Assembly (NCBI RefSeq): GCF_001194135.2
Contig: NC_069001.1
Span: forward strand, 34,135,172-34,199,171
DNA from: Octopus bimaculoides
Taxonomy: Eukaryota
Reading direction: 5' to 3'
DNA: 64,000 nucleotides
The position numbers were made by a program, and so were the translations under genes. The notes beneath the pieces were generated by a model. It did no database searches. It had not been told where the DNA came from and worked only from the letters and a program-made list of their open reading frames with translations. Of this stretch, positions 26,264-37,772 are shown one piece after another; the stretch's first letter is position 1; every line of letters begins with the position of its first letter.

Positions 26264-26299
26264 TTTAACGATTTCTTTTATTTTTTATTTCAGGTAAGT
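26264..26299 (+). promoter_or_regulatory. Juxtaposed 3'/5' splice site (candidate recursive splice site)
   Basis: Branch-like TTTAAC (26264-69), ATTTCTTTTATTTTTTATTT tract, CAG (26291-93), immediately followed by GTAAGT (26294-99). Confidence 0.45.
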
Positions 26300-26625
26300 G
26301 ATACAGAAAATAATTTATCTCCAAGCAAGAAATGCCACTGAAACCTGTCTGTATTTATTCTGATGTCGACAGAAGAATTCATCCTGTTTTTATAAACATT
26401 TTTCTGAGTATATTTTTGATTCTGTGGTTAGCAATATAGATTTCATTTCACTTTGTACAATAACCCTATGTGTTCATCCTTTCCATATGAATTCAATTAT
26501 TAAATACCCAGTTGAAGTGTTCAAGTCATGACTGGTCTGTGATTTATTTTTCAGGCTAGTATATACCGTACTACATTATTCAGTATGTTCCCTTTTTCTT
26601 TAAGATAGCTGGATGTGATTTGTTA

Positions 26626-26848
26626 GTGAAAGCACATGGTTTAGTGGTTAAGCTATTCAGTTCAAGGTCGTGAGTTCAATTCCAGACAGCATGTTGTGTC
26701 TTTGAGCAAGATGCTTTATTTCATATTGCGCCAGTCTATTGAGCTGGAAAAAATGAGTTGTATTTGTAATTCAAAGGGCCAGCCTTGTCCCATCCTGTGT
26801 CACTCTGAGTCTCCCTAAGAATTACCTCAAGGGCACATGTGTCTTCCA
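26626..26848 (+). mobile_element. SINE family B-related, degraded
   Basis: TGGTTTAGTGGTTAAG / GAGTTCAATTCC boxes; TTCAAAGGGCCAGCCTTGTC shared with the 4013 copy. Confidence 0.7.
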
Positions 26849-27908
26849 CTGAACTGCCACACAGGTTGTACCAGGCAGACAATATTACAGTATCCTGGTC
26901 AATGCTTTGTGGTCATACAGCAGTGTCACCAGTGTTTAGATATACAGACACTACTATACTAGGTGTCAAGTATCACATAGTAGATGTCGTGCTAGGAGCT
27001 GTTAACTGGTCAGACTAAAGAAGTTTTCTTGACATTAAATAGCAACAACATACTTACAAATATTTATGAATGAATTCATAATTTATCCGAATATTGTACA
27101 TGATAATTTTATTGAGATTTACTACTGATATTTATTGATTAATTGATTGAAATTTATTCTTATTATGATATATTGAACTTTGAATCAACCTTTGATATAT
27201 CTCATCAATTAGACAGAATACTTCAAATTCATTAAGCCAATTTTCTTCTCCCTTCTTAAGTTAGTTGCTCTTTTCAAACCTGAAGTAATAGAGAGGGCTG
27301 GACTCTTATCAGGTGCCATGCCACTTAAATGCATCCCTGTGGTGCAATAAACTAAAAGGGGCTGCCGTGTTAGATAAATCTATTATTTTCTACTGCTGTT
27401 CTCCTTTTATCCAGTTATGTTATCACAACTTACAGATCCCATTGTGATGTGCCTCACTAGATATAGCCTGTTCACGGAAAAAGAAAACAGAAAGAAAAAA
27501 GAAGCAAAATTGCTTCCACAGTAGAAGCAATGTGGTTTCTGGATCCATAACAGCAGATTATGGGTTACATCAACTTGAATGAATTCTATATACTACAGAC
27601 TGGAATATGGTAAAAACATGGGATTATATTGTCAGTTTGATTAATGGTTCAGTAGTTGACATTACTGGTTGTAATTCTAACCACAGTTGATTTAGCTTCT
27701 TATCATTGACTAGTATAGAAGATAAATAGGTGTATTTGACCGTTTCCAATATTTGTAGAACCAAGAGATAGATAACTACAATAGGGTTAAAGACATGGAT
27801 TAAGAAAATCAGGGGTTAGTTAGCTGATATGACACTCTGGCCAAACAACAAAGACAACTTTAAATGTTTCATTGCATGGCTCTGCAGTAACTAGCTTACT
27901 TTGTTAAT

Positions 27909-28347
27909 ATGGTTGTGTGGTTTTGAAGCCATACTTTCTTCACAACTATATCGTTTCAGGTTCAATTCCATTGTAAAACATCTTGAGTAAGTGTCTGCTA
28001 TTATAGCCCCAGGCTAAGCAATACCTTGTGAATGATTAGTGATTGGTGGAAACTGTGTGGAAACTCACCATATATATATATATATATATATACACGTGTG
28101 TGTGTGAATCTTTGTGTTGTCTCCCCACATGCCCACTTGACAACCAGTGTTGGTTTGTTTACATCCCCATAATCTAGCAGTTCATCTGTCTTTATTTTCT
28201 GAGTTCAAATTCCGCCGGGGTCGACTTTGCCTTTCATCCTTTCAGGGTTGAAAAACTAGGTACCTGTTGCATACTGGGGTCAATCTAATCGACTGGCCCC
28301 CGCTCCCACAAAATTTCGGGCCTTGTTCCTAGAGTAGAAAAGAATAT
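27909..28347 (+). mobile_element. SINE C copy (27909-28185) followed by 5'-truncated SINE A (28198-28347)
   Basis: Family C head and body, then GAGTTCAAATTCCGCCGGGGTCGACTTTGCCTTTCATCCTTTCAGGG. Confidence 0.75.
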
Positions 28348-29302
28348 TGACAATATGGCATGTCACCTTTTCGTTCATGAATATATTGTTGTCAAACTGA
28401 GAGTTGCAGATGGCTGAATCAATAAGACACCAACCTTTGTGGCTGTTAGAGTAAAATTTGGAATCCAAGAATACAGATGATGGTTTGTGTCAGCAACATT
28501 TAGTCCCTTGTAGAGTTATAGAGAAGTCCTACCATGGATTTTAATTAAAAAAAAAAAATTATTTAAAGTTTTAAAATATTTAAGTGACAAGGGACGTGAC
28601 AAAGGCTGGACATTTGAAATAAAAAGACAACCCATCTAATGCACTAATGGGTTTTAACATAGTTTCACTGAGACAGCTTGAGTCAACTCAGATATAGCAT
28701 AAGGCACTTGCCCAAAATCTCACACAAATTGAAACTAGGTCCTTGTGATTGTGAAGCAAAATTCTTAACTAATTGACCAGACTGTGTCTATTATATCCAT
28801 ACACAGGTCACTTGACTTTTAGACTCAGTATGCTTAGCTGTAAACAGATAATGGGATAGAGTGGATTTGGTTCACTGCCAGAACTAATGAGAGTACAATA
28901 TAATTGATGCACATTTCACTATCCTTCCCTTCTGTGTCCAAAGCCTCCAGTGTGAGAATAACTTGAGTGGGAATGGTTGGGTTCTGTTTAGTTGTTTAGC
29001 TTCAGACTCACAGCATGAAAATAAAACACTGCCAACATAAAAATAACACTTCAGTGTCTCACAAGATTTCTATCTCTTTATATTGTTATAATCACAAGAT
29101 TTGAGCTAAATTCTGTCTTTCTTTACTCACAAAATAACATTGGTATTTTCCAACTTTATTCATAAAATTGTATTGATATATTTCTTCTCCGAGACTTCAC
29201 TAATATATTCTTGACAAAATCACAAAACCTTCTTTAATCTCATCAATAATAAGTTCTCTTTATATTCATACATTTTTCTGATATGATTTCTGTATATATT
29301 AG

Positions 29303-30450
29303 TAAATATTCACAAGAGATTTGCTTTAATAATTATTAACACATCATTAATAAAACAGGATAGACAATCATGAGATAATCACAGAGAGCAATTACCATGA
29401 GAATATGTTGCTATTATCTTATCTTGACTTAAGATATTTTATGGTTGGATGAGATTGGTTGACAATACTAATTTACAATATCTTCTTAGTCTGTCTGACA
29501 GAAATGAAAACCCTTTTTTTTTTTCTGTTTTACACTCGAAAACGTAATTGCAATCAAATGAAAGCTTAGAGAGAATTAATACAACATTATTGCCAAGAAT
29601 TAGCATTATCAGTAGAATCAAATCTCTGTACAAGGTCATTAGTAAAATGAGCTCATAATAACAATAATGGTATCTGATTTAGGTACAAGGCTAGCAATTT
29701 TGAAGTGCAGGAATAAGTCAATATCATTGATCCATGTACTTCACTGGTACTTTATTAGTATGAAATAAAGTATAAAGAATTGATTTGTTCGCTTTCCATG
29801 CTGGCAGTCCAACCCTTTCCAGCATGGAAATTGGACATAAAATGAAGCTGGCACTAGCAATGGTAACAGTGCATTGTATAGAATCTTGATATGGTAAATG
29901 AATTCCAGTTAGCACTGACAATGAATATTCATTTGTTTGATTAACTGTACTCACTGCTTATTGATCAGCATGTTGATGGCTGAGTATTCCACAGATACAT
30001 GTATCCTTAATGTGATTCTAAAGCAGAATCAGTGTGATACAGTATGCAACAAGGCTGTACCTTTGAATTACTGGTACAGTCAATCCAACAGGCTTCCAGA
30101 TAGTTTCTGTCTCACCATTTAAAACTTACAAGGCTTGGATTGACCTGAGGCAATGATAAAAGACAAGTATTCTCTCTAAGCTTTCATTTGATTGCAATTA
30201 CGTTTTCGAGTTTAAAACAAAACAAAACAAAAAAGAAAAAAGAGTTTTCATTTCTGTCAGACAGACTAAGAAGACATCGTAAATTAGTATTGTCAACCAA
30301 TCTCATCCAACCATAAAATATCTTAAGTTAAGATAAGATAATAACAACATATTCTCATGGTAATTACTCTGTGATTATCTCATGATAGTCTATCCTGTTT
30401 TATCAATGATGTGTTAATAATTATTAAAGCAAATCTCTTGTGAATATTTA
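29303..30450. repeat. ~280-bp inverted repeat pair (29303-29576 / 30169-30450)
   Basis: The arms are reverse complements with scattered substitutions and small indels (>90% by eye). Confidence 0.9.
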
Positions 30451-33395
30451 ATATTGCTCATGATACCTTACACTGGAATTGAACCTGGGTCCAAGAAAAT
30501 TACAAAACAAACTTCTTAAACATTCTGCTGTACTGAACCTCATTATAGAGAATATATTACAGAAAGTTCATCAAATGTGAAATGAATGAACAAAATGAAA
30601 ATATTTATGAGTGAAAATCATTAATAAGTGGAGGATAATTAATTAACAATGTTAATTAATGCTAGTTAATTAACAATTTTCAGATCTGGTATAAATGCTT
30701 CAGTTAATTTCTTCACATAGAAATAGCACTGACAATCTTCCCCTATTAACTAGTATTATCTGAAGAATTCCAGTTATATTGAATTGGTTAATACATTTTT
30801 GACATTTTTATCTCTGTTGTTTGGAGAGATGCTGACTGTTATTATTTGATAAATTTTATTTATTAAATGATATATATTTTTTTTAAATGTAGCTGTTAAT
30901 CTGGAATGAAGTAAATATATATTTTTTTCTTTTTGGATGTTGATATTGAGTTTGCATTTTGTATTATCATTGATGGAGAGTGGGGTGTTCTATAAATAAA
31001 GAGAATAAAAATAAAATAATTAATTGAGACTAATGAGCTAGCTGCTGTAAAATGGGAAATAGTTGTTATATTAAGGCAGTTTAAAAACCATAAAAATTTC
31101 TTAATGTTAATATAATTTCTAAACAAAATAAAAAAAAAAAAGAATGAATAATTGAATGTGAGAGTTCAAGAAAAAATCTATAGAACAAATATTTAAGAGA
31201 ATTCCTTCAAATGTATAAAGAAAGAGGAAGGGCTCATATATCATCTCTTCATAAAACTACTGTGTTTCTCAAGACAGCTGGTAAATGACTAGAGTTGTTG
31301 TACTTGCTAAGAGATGATTTACTGGAAGGACTGTTAGCCAATCCTGACACATTCAGCTGTTCTTGAGGGTCATCAGATAGAATATTGTCATAGATTTATT
31401 ATTTTGCCCATGTTTTTTTCTTTTGCTTGTTTTCTTTCTGTCATTTTCCCATTATTATTTATTTAAACATTTCTGAACATAATAATAATAATAATAATAA
31501 TAATAATAGGTCGCTGTAGCAGCTAATATTGAAGTTTTAGTAGCCATCTCACTAAGAAGTGTTGGTATAGTTTACTGGTTTTAAAATGGTATATTCCCTT
31601 TGGAAAATTTAGAAATGGAATTTTTTCCATATTTATATATTTACAAGTTTATGCATTTACTTCGATTTTTGTTTGACCCGAAGAAAAACCATTTGCATAT
31701 AGACATTCATTTTATCATTTTATGTTTCTTATACACATCTCAGATATTTAACATCTCAATAGAAGAATTTAAATCTTTAAAATATGCACTTTTATTTTTT
31801 CTTCCCTTCTCTCTCTTCAGAATATTTAAATTGAAAAAAAAGTAAAAATAACAAACAAACAAATAATTTCTTATGATATTTATAATTATTTTTCTGATGG
31901 TTTTATTATATATTTTACTCAAATATATGTTGTTTTTTTTTTAGCATATGATTTTATTTGTTCACCAACTGTTTTAGTGCATTTGTGGTAGATTTGCATT
32001 TCTTTTATGGAAAAAGATTTTTAAAACATTCTCCAGTGAGAACAGAACCCTCTAGTCTCCTTTCCTTCAAAAGCACCAACACATCAATAAGAGACTTGAA
32101 ATGTCTCCACTCTACACACGAACAGTATACAATCAAACCGACATCACCACCACCCTGAAATCTTTCAATACCAATCTGCCTGAGATTGCCTCTGGTCCTG
32201 CAATACAAAACCGTCCATTTTTAAATGCTTCTAATTTTATGCAAGAAGCTTTTGTTAAGTGTTGTTTGAAACACCAACTGGTGCATTTGTTATAAATCAT
32301 TTGAACTGGCTCAGTGGAAATTTCAATAAGACTCATTCATACTAATTGCCCTTGTCCAATGATAGTGTTACAAAGTAGTCAGATATTCCATTTGTTCAAT
32401 AATTGTTAAAGAGTGTTCACTTGGCTGTGTACGAAGGAAGCAGTGTATCCTTCATAAAACCAAGAATTATTGTTATACTAGTAATAGTAATATGAAGAAA
32501 ATGCTCTTATTATGTGCCATTGATCTTTGTTAATTATAGTGTTGTTATTATGTTGTGCACTTACAATAAAATATAGTTATTATGTAGTAAAGATCCTTTG
32601 TGGTGTATACACACACACATACATACACTCACACACACAAATCAGTGAATGTCTATTAAGGTTCATTGCTATCTGGGTTTGATACATTCTGTGTTAGCAA
32701 AAGCAGAATGCTCAATGTATTATGTAAATATATATATGTGTATATTTGCAGCATAATATGTAGAATTTGTTATACAAGGAGTGGTGGGTGCAATCACAAA
32801 TCAAAACTCAAACATATTAATATATATAAAATTAAATTTTCTTATAAAGTATGTTTTTAAGTATACTTCACAATATATGGGCTGTGTTAAGAAGTGCTCA
32901 TTGCGAGCAAAATCGAAGGATAAGAGAAATTAGAGAAAGAACACAGCCAGGCAATCAATACAAATTCCAAAGCATAATTTAGAGCACACAATGAAATAAA
33001 TATACTTATGAATTTATGTAGATAAATGAATAGAATTACATGTAAAAGTTATATGTGAAAACTATGCATTATGTACGTTGGGTTCACATATCGAATGGAG
33101 ACGTGACAAATATAGAGATAAAAATCCATGTTAAGGGCTTCCAAAAGGAAATATTCTGATTGATTAAGAATTTGATCTTTATATGAGTTATTGGATGAGA
33201 GTTCAAAATTTAAATTTCAGAGGTAAATAAATTTGGTAAAATATTATTACATCAGATAAATATACAAACTTGGGGGTAAAAGACATCATCTACAGACGTT
33301 TCAGGGGTACATTACTTGTGTTATTAAACTTGTCTTATTTCCCTTAGCTTGATATGTGTAAACACACACATCTTTCAAGTAATAAATATTCTACA

Positions 33396-33609
33396 AAGGT
33401 GGCGAGCAGGCAAAAATGTTAGCATGCCGGGCTAAATGCTTAGCATTATTTCGTCTGTCGCTACGTTCAGAGTTCAAATTCTGCCAAGGTCGACTTTGCC
33501 TTTCATCCTTTCAGAGTCAATAAATTAAGTACCAGTTACGTACTGGAGGCAATCTAATCAACTGGGCCCCTCCCCAAAAATTTCGGGCTTTGTGCCTAAA
33601 GTAGAGAAG
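33396..33609 (+). mobile_element. SINE family A with perfect 15-bp target-site duplication
   Basis: AATAAATATTCTACA at 33381-33395 and 33610-33624 flanks a complete copy. Confidence 0.9.
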
Positions 33610-34433
33610 AATAAATATTCTACAGCCTGCATTTAGTACTCTTTGTCGCATATGTTCACCTTCTCTCAGATAGATACTCTATTGCTCTTTTGCTAGTTTC
33701 AGCTCAAGAATTGTAGCCATACACATATATATATAATGCAGTCAATAAAATATGTTGAAGAGACAATTACATTTAATGAAAGAAATATTAGATTAATAAA
33801 ATTTCTCTCTAATTCTCATATGCTTTTAGTTTTTTGGCTTCTACTTTTGGAGAGAGTGAGACCAAGAGTGAGTGAATTATAGGATGTGTGAGTGTGTGTG
33901 TATTGTACATGTTTTTGTGTATGTGTGTGTGTGTGTGCATTGGCAATAATATAGGGTGTTAGAGAGAGATTATATTGATGTGGTAGCATTGTACTCCAAC
34001 TTACGTGTCACTTCACCCATCATTAGAATTCTATCATTGAGCAAGGATTTTAGTACTTCTGTACCATGCATGCTATCCCATTGTGATCATCAGTTGATTA
34101 AATCACCTCAATATTTGACTTTTCATCGATCACTGATGTATGAAAGGTGAAATTGACCTTTGCAGGATTTGCTCTCAGAACATGAAGAACATTTTGTCTA
34201 AGACTCTCCTGATTCTGTTAACCCACCACTCCTAACATTTATGCTAATTAATTGCTGTTAATTGAATTGTTATTTAGTTAAAATTTCTGCAGAAGACATT
34301 AACAATTCCTGTATACTGTAGATTATAATAATAGCACCTGAATTACTTTCAAATGTGGAAATCCATCTCGTAGTAGAACTGAAAATTTGTAACATTAAAA
34401 TATTATTTCTAGCCATTATATTTCCAAAGTTTG

Positions 34434-34895
34434 AAGTGGCAAACTTGCAGAATCACTACTAGACCAAACAAAGTACTTAAAAGCATTTCTTCTAACTCTC
34501 TACATTCTGAGTTCAAATGCTGCTGAGGTAAACTTTACCTCTTACCCTTTCAGGGTTAATAAAATAAGTACCTGTCAGATACTGGGGTTGATGTAATTGA
34601 CTGACATATTCCACTCTAAAATTGCTGGTCATTTGCCAAAAGTGTCTTCTACCGAAGCCTTGTGATTTGATTTGGTAGACAAAAATGTAAGAAGTCTGTC
34701 ATACGTTTTTATACACGTGTGTGTGTTTCTTCCTCACCATCACTCATTTGATAACCGGTGTTGGTGTGTTTACATCCCCATAACTCAACAGTTTGGCAAG
34801 AAGTGACCAAAAGGATCAGTACCAGGTTCTAAGATTCTTTAAGGCGGTGCCTCAGCGTGGCTGCAGTTTAATGACTGAAACAAGTAAAAGATAAA
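34434..34895 (+). mobile_element. Degraded SINE A (34434-34640) followed by SINE C 3' part (34650-34895)
   Basis: Family motifs as above. Confidence 0.7.
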
Positions 34896-35106
34896 ATATT
34901 GAAAAAAAAAGGGGAATTCCAATTCATGGTTTAATAATTTGTTTTATTTATTTATTCATTATTTGTTGACCTTATTTTATTTACTTTGCATTAATTTAGA
35001 TTTTGATTATTCCAATTCTCTTCATTTCTTTGTTTAGGTTCTTAATGCCTTATTTGTTATGGCAACTTCAAAATATGAAACTGTATCGTTATATATTTGC
35101 ATTGAG

Positions 35107-35146
<40 letters not shown>

Positions 35147-37339
35147 TTAATGGTAGTAATAATAATAATTATTATAATTATAGTCTTATTTGCATTCCCA
35201 ATTAGAGAATAAACATGAATTAAAAAGGAGAAAAAAAAAGTGGAAATTGTAGAAATATCTAAACATGATTATGATTACGTCGACAAGAACAGTTGCAGAG
35301 GAATAACCGGTCTAGTGTATAATGAAACAAATGTCTGGTGGTTACCGATGATGGTGATCGTTACTGTAAGGCGGAGGATGGCAATGATGGAATCGTCATA
35401 AGCCAGTGCTGTAGCTAAAAATGGCACATTGCATGCAAAACGGAATTATTAATGGAGCATCTGGAAATAATAGCTAGGAATCAAAGGCAAAATAGGAAAA
35501 AAACAAACAAAGCTAGATAGGAATTAAACCTTTTAGAGTTTATTTCTGTCATGCAATCTTTAATAGAATAAACAATGGATCGAAGTTTTGATGTTTGCTC
35601 TGATCATTTCACAACCTCTCAAGGAATCCAATACAGTTTACACTCTCTCTTTTATCCTTTATGGTTTTACTTATTTATTTATTTTATCCCATGGGATTGT
35701 TGTTTTTTTATTTTAAATATTCATCAATCTTTCCCTTTAATTCATATATTTATTCATTTTTGTTTCTCATATTATTTTTAAAAAAATCTTTTTGCTTTGC
35801 TTTATTTGTTTTATTTATGTATTCCTCCTCCTCCTGCTCTTTCTCTCTCTCTCTCTCTCTTTTTGAAGAAATTAATGTCTTCTGAATTTCTTTTGAATTT
35901 TTATCTGTTTTATAAAAGACTAAATTGTAATGGAAAATATTGCCGGCATACCATTTCTAATTTTGAAAATTTATGTGAAGTTGAAAACAATTAGACATAT
36001 AATAATTAGTCTCGCCTCTGTGCGTGCTTTGTCGCATTAGTATGTGTGTGTGTCTGTGTGTGTTTATAGTTACTTTTACGAAGACGAGAGGATGAAATAA
36101 GTTTGGAAAATTCTTTAATGTTACTGATACTTAATTAGTATAAACACACACACACTCACACACATGCAGACAGTCGGCAACACAGATAGACACACAGAAA
36201 CAGACCTATACAGAAATACCCACTCACATATACTGCACACATACATCTACACAGATACATACACAGATCCCCATATACAATACACACACACACACACACC
36301 ACATTAAACTGGTTATATTTTGTTATTAACTGTTAAAGTGGCTGCAAGTTTTTGTAAACTCATTAGTTCTTCAATTTTTGCACAAATACATACACATTCT
36401 CCTTGCTCTCTCTCCTCCTCCTATCCCTATATCTCCCCCTTCTTTCCCTCATGTTTCTCTCTCTCCCTCTCACCCCTCTCTCTTTCTCACTCTCTGCTTT
36501 TCTCTCTCTATGTCTGTCTTGAAACTATGCTAACATTTAATAATTTCAAAACTCAAAACTTACCAAATATTTGATGTTTAATATCAAATTATTGGCAAAA
36601 ATTATTGAAATTATTGTGAGATTTCCCCAGATAATCTGTTATTTAATGCAAAGACAGACATATTTACAGTAAATATCTATAATTTTGTGTGTGGGCATGC
36701 GTGTAGTGTGTGTGTGTGTGGGGGGGGGCGTGTGTGTGTGTGTGTGAGTGCATGTAAGTATGTTCTTTTATTGCTTTCAGGTAATTATGCTCTTTTATTG
36801 CTTTCAGGACTGTGGCCATACTGTAGCTCTGTTTTCAAAGGTTTACCTGATAATATCAAACCCACTACTTATTTCTCTCTGTTGCTTACATTAACAGTTT
36901 CTATTTATCAAATGCTAAGTTATATTTTTGGACTCAAAACCTGTTATAAACCAGTAAACACAAGCACAGGCATGTGTGCACGGGCATATGCTTGCATATA
37001 TGTGTGTCTGTGTGTATGCATGAATATATATGTATGTATATCAATTCATGTGTTTGTGTGTATGCACTTAGATTTGTGTGTGCATGCTTCTACAAATTAA
37101 ATTACAAAGGAAATGGATGCAGAAAGGCTAAACTTAAGACCCAGCCAACCAATAACAGCATAGAAAGCTGCTTCTTTTCCTCTAAATTAAAATTAACTGA
37201 ACAGTATGGATATTTATTGTTGTTGCGTAGACTGATGAGCAAAAGTGTTCTGCATGTGACAATCTAGTCGATTCCTTTCCAGGTTTCGTGTATCTATAAC
37301 TACATTACCCAGTGTCTTTTTCTGAAAAACAGCACAAGA

Positions 37340-37597
37340 GGCCTTCAGGCAAATCAGTACACTGGGCCCTACAATATTTATCTATTCATTGCAAGCTTCA
37401 ACGTTTAAGACATCCTTTAAAACCTCCATGCTTCCTGAAATTCGCCAGCACTACACCTGATATCTCCTCCTCCGTATATCATGACTCTTACACTGTTCAC
37501 TTACCTGATTTTTGTGCATAATTCTATGTCCTGTACATGCACCTCTGATGAGTTGTAGTGCACCTGAGCACTAGACACAATAATTTCATTATTATTT
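37340..37597 (+). mobile_element. Probable CR1/L2-like LINE 3' end
   Basis: Short frame LQRLRHP/ASMLPEIRQHYT-like, then GTGCACCTGAGCACT..CAATAATTTCATTATTATT ending in an (ATT)-type tail; the clade assignment is from memory. Confidence 0.35.
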
Positions 37598-37772
37598 CAT
37601 CATCATCATCATCATCATCATCATCGTTTAACGTCCGCTTTCCATGCTAGCATGGGTTGGACGATTTGACTGAGGACTGGTGAAACCGGATGGCAACACC
37701 AGGCTCCAGTCTGATTTGGCAGAGTTTCTACAGCTGGATGCCCTTCCTAACGCCAACCACTCAGAGAGTGTA
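37598..37772 (-). mobile_element. RTE-type 3' tail, young-looking copy
   Basis: (CAT)n GTTTAACGTCCGCTTTCCATGCTAGCATGGGTTGGACGATTTGACTGAGG ... GGATGCCCTTCCTAACGCCAACCAC. Confidence 0.85.

Noticed and set aside
36757-36807. TTGCTTTCAG|GTAATT as a recursive site
   Set aside because: It lies in a tandemly duplicated SINE-C tail remnant, so the motif is repeat-derived.
37495-37510. Perfect minus-strand donor CAG|GTAAGT
   Set aside because: Embedded in a probable LINE 3' end, with no acceptor or open exon upstream.
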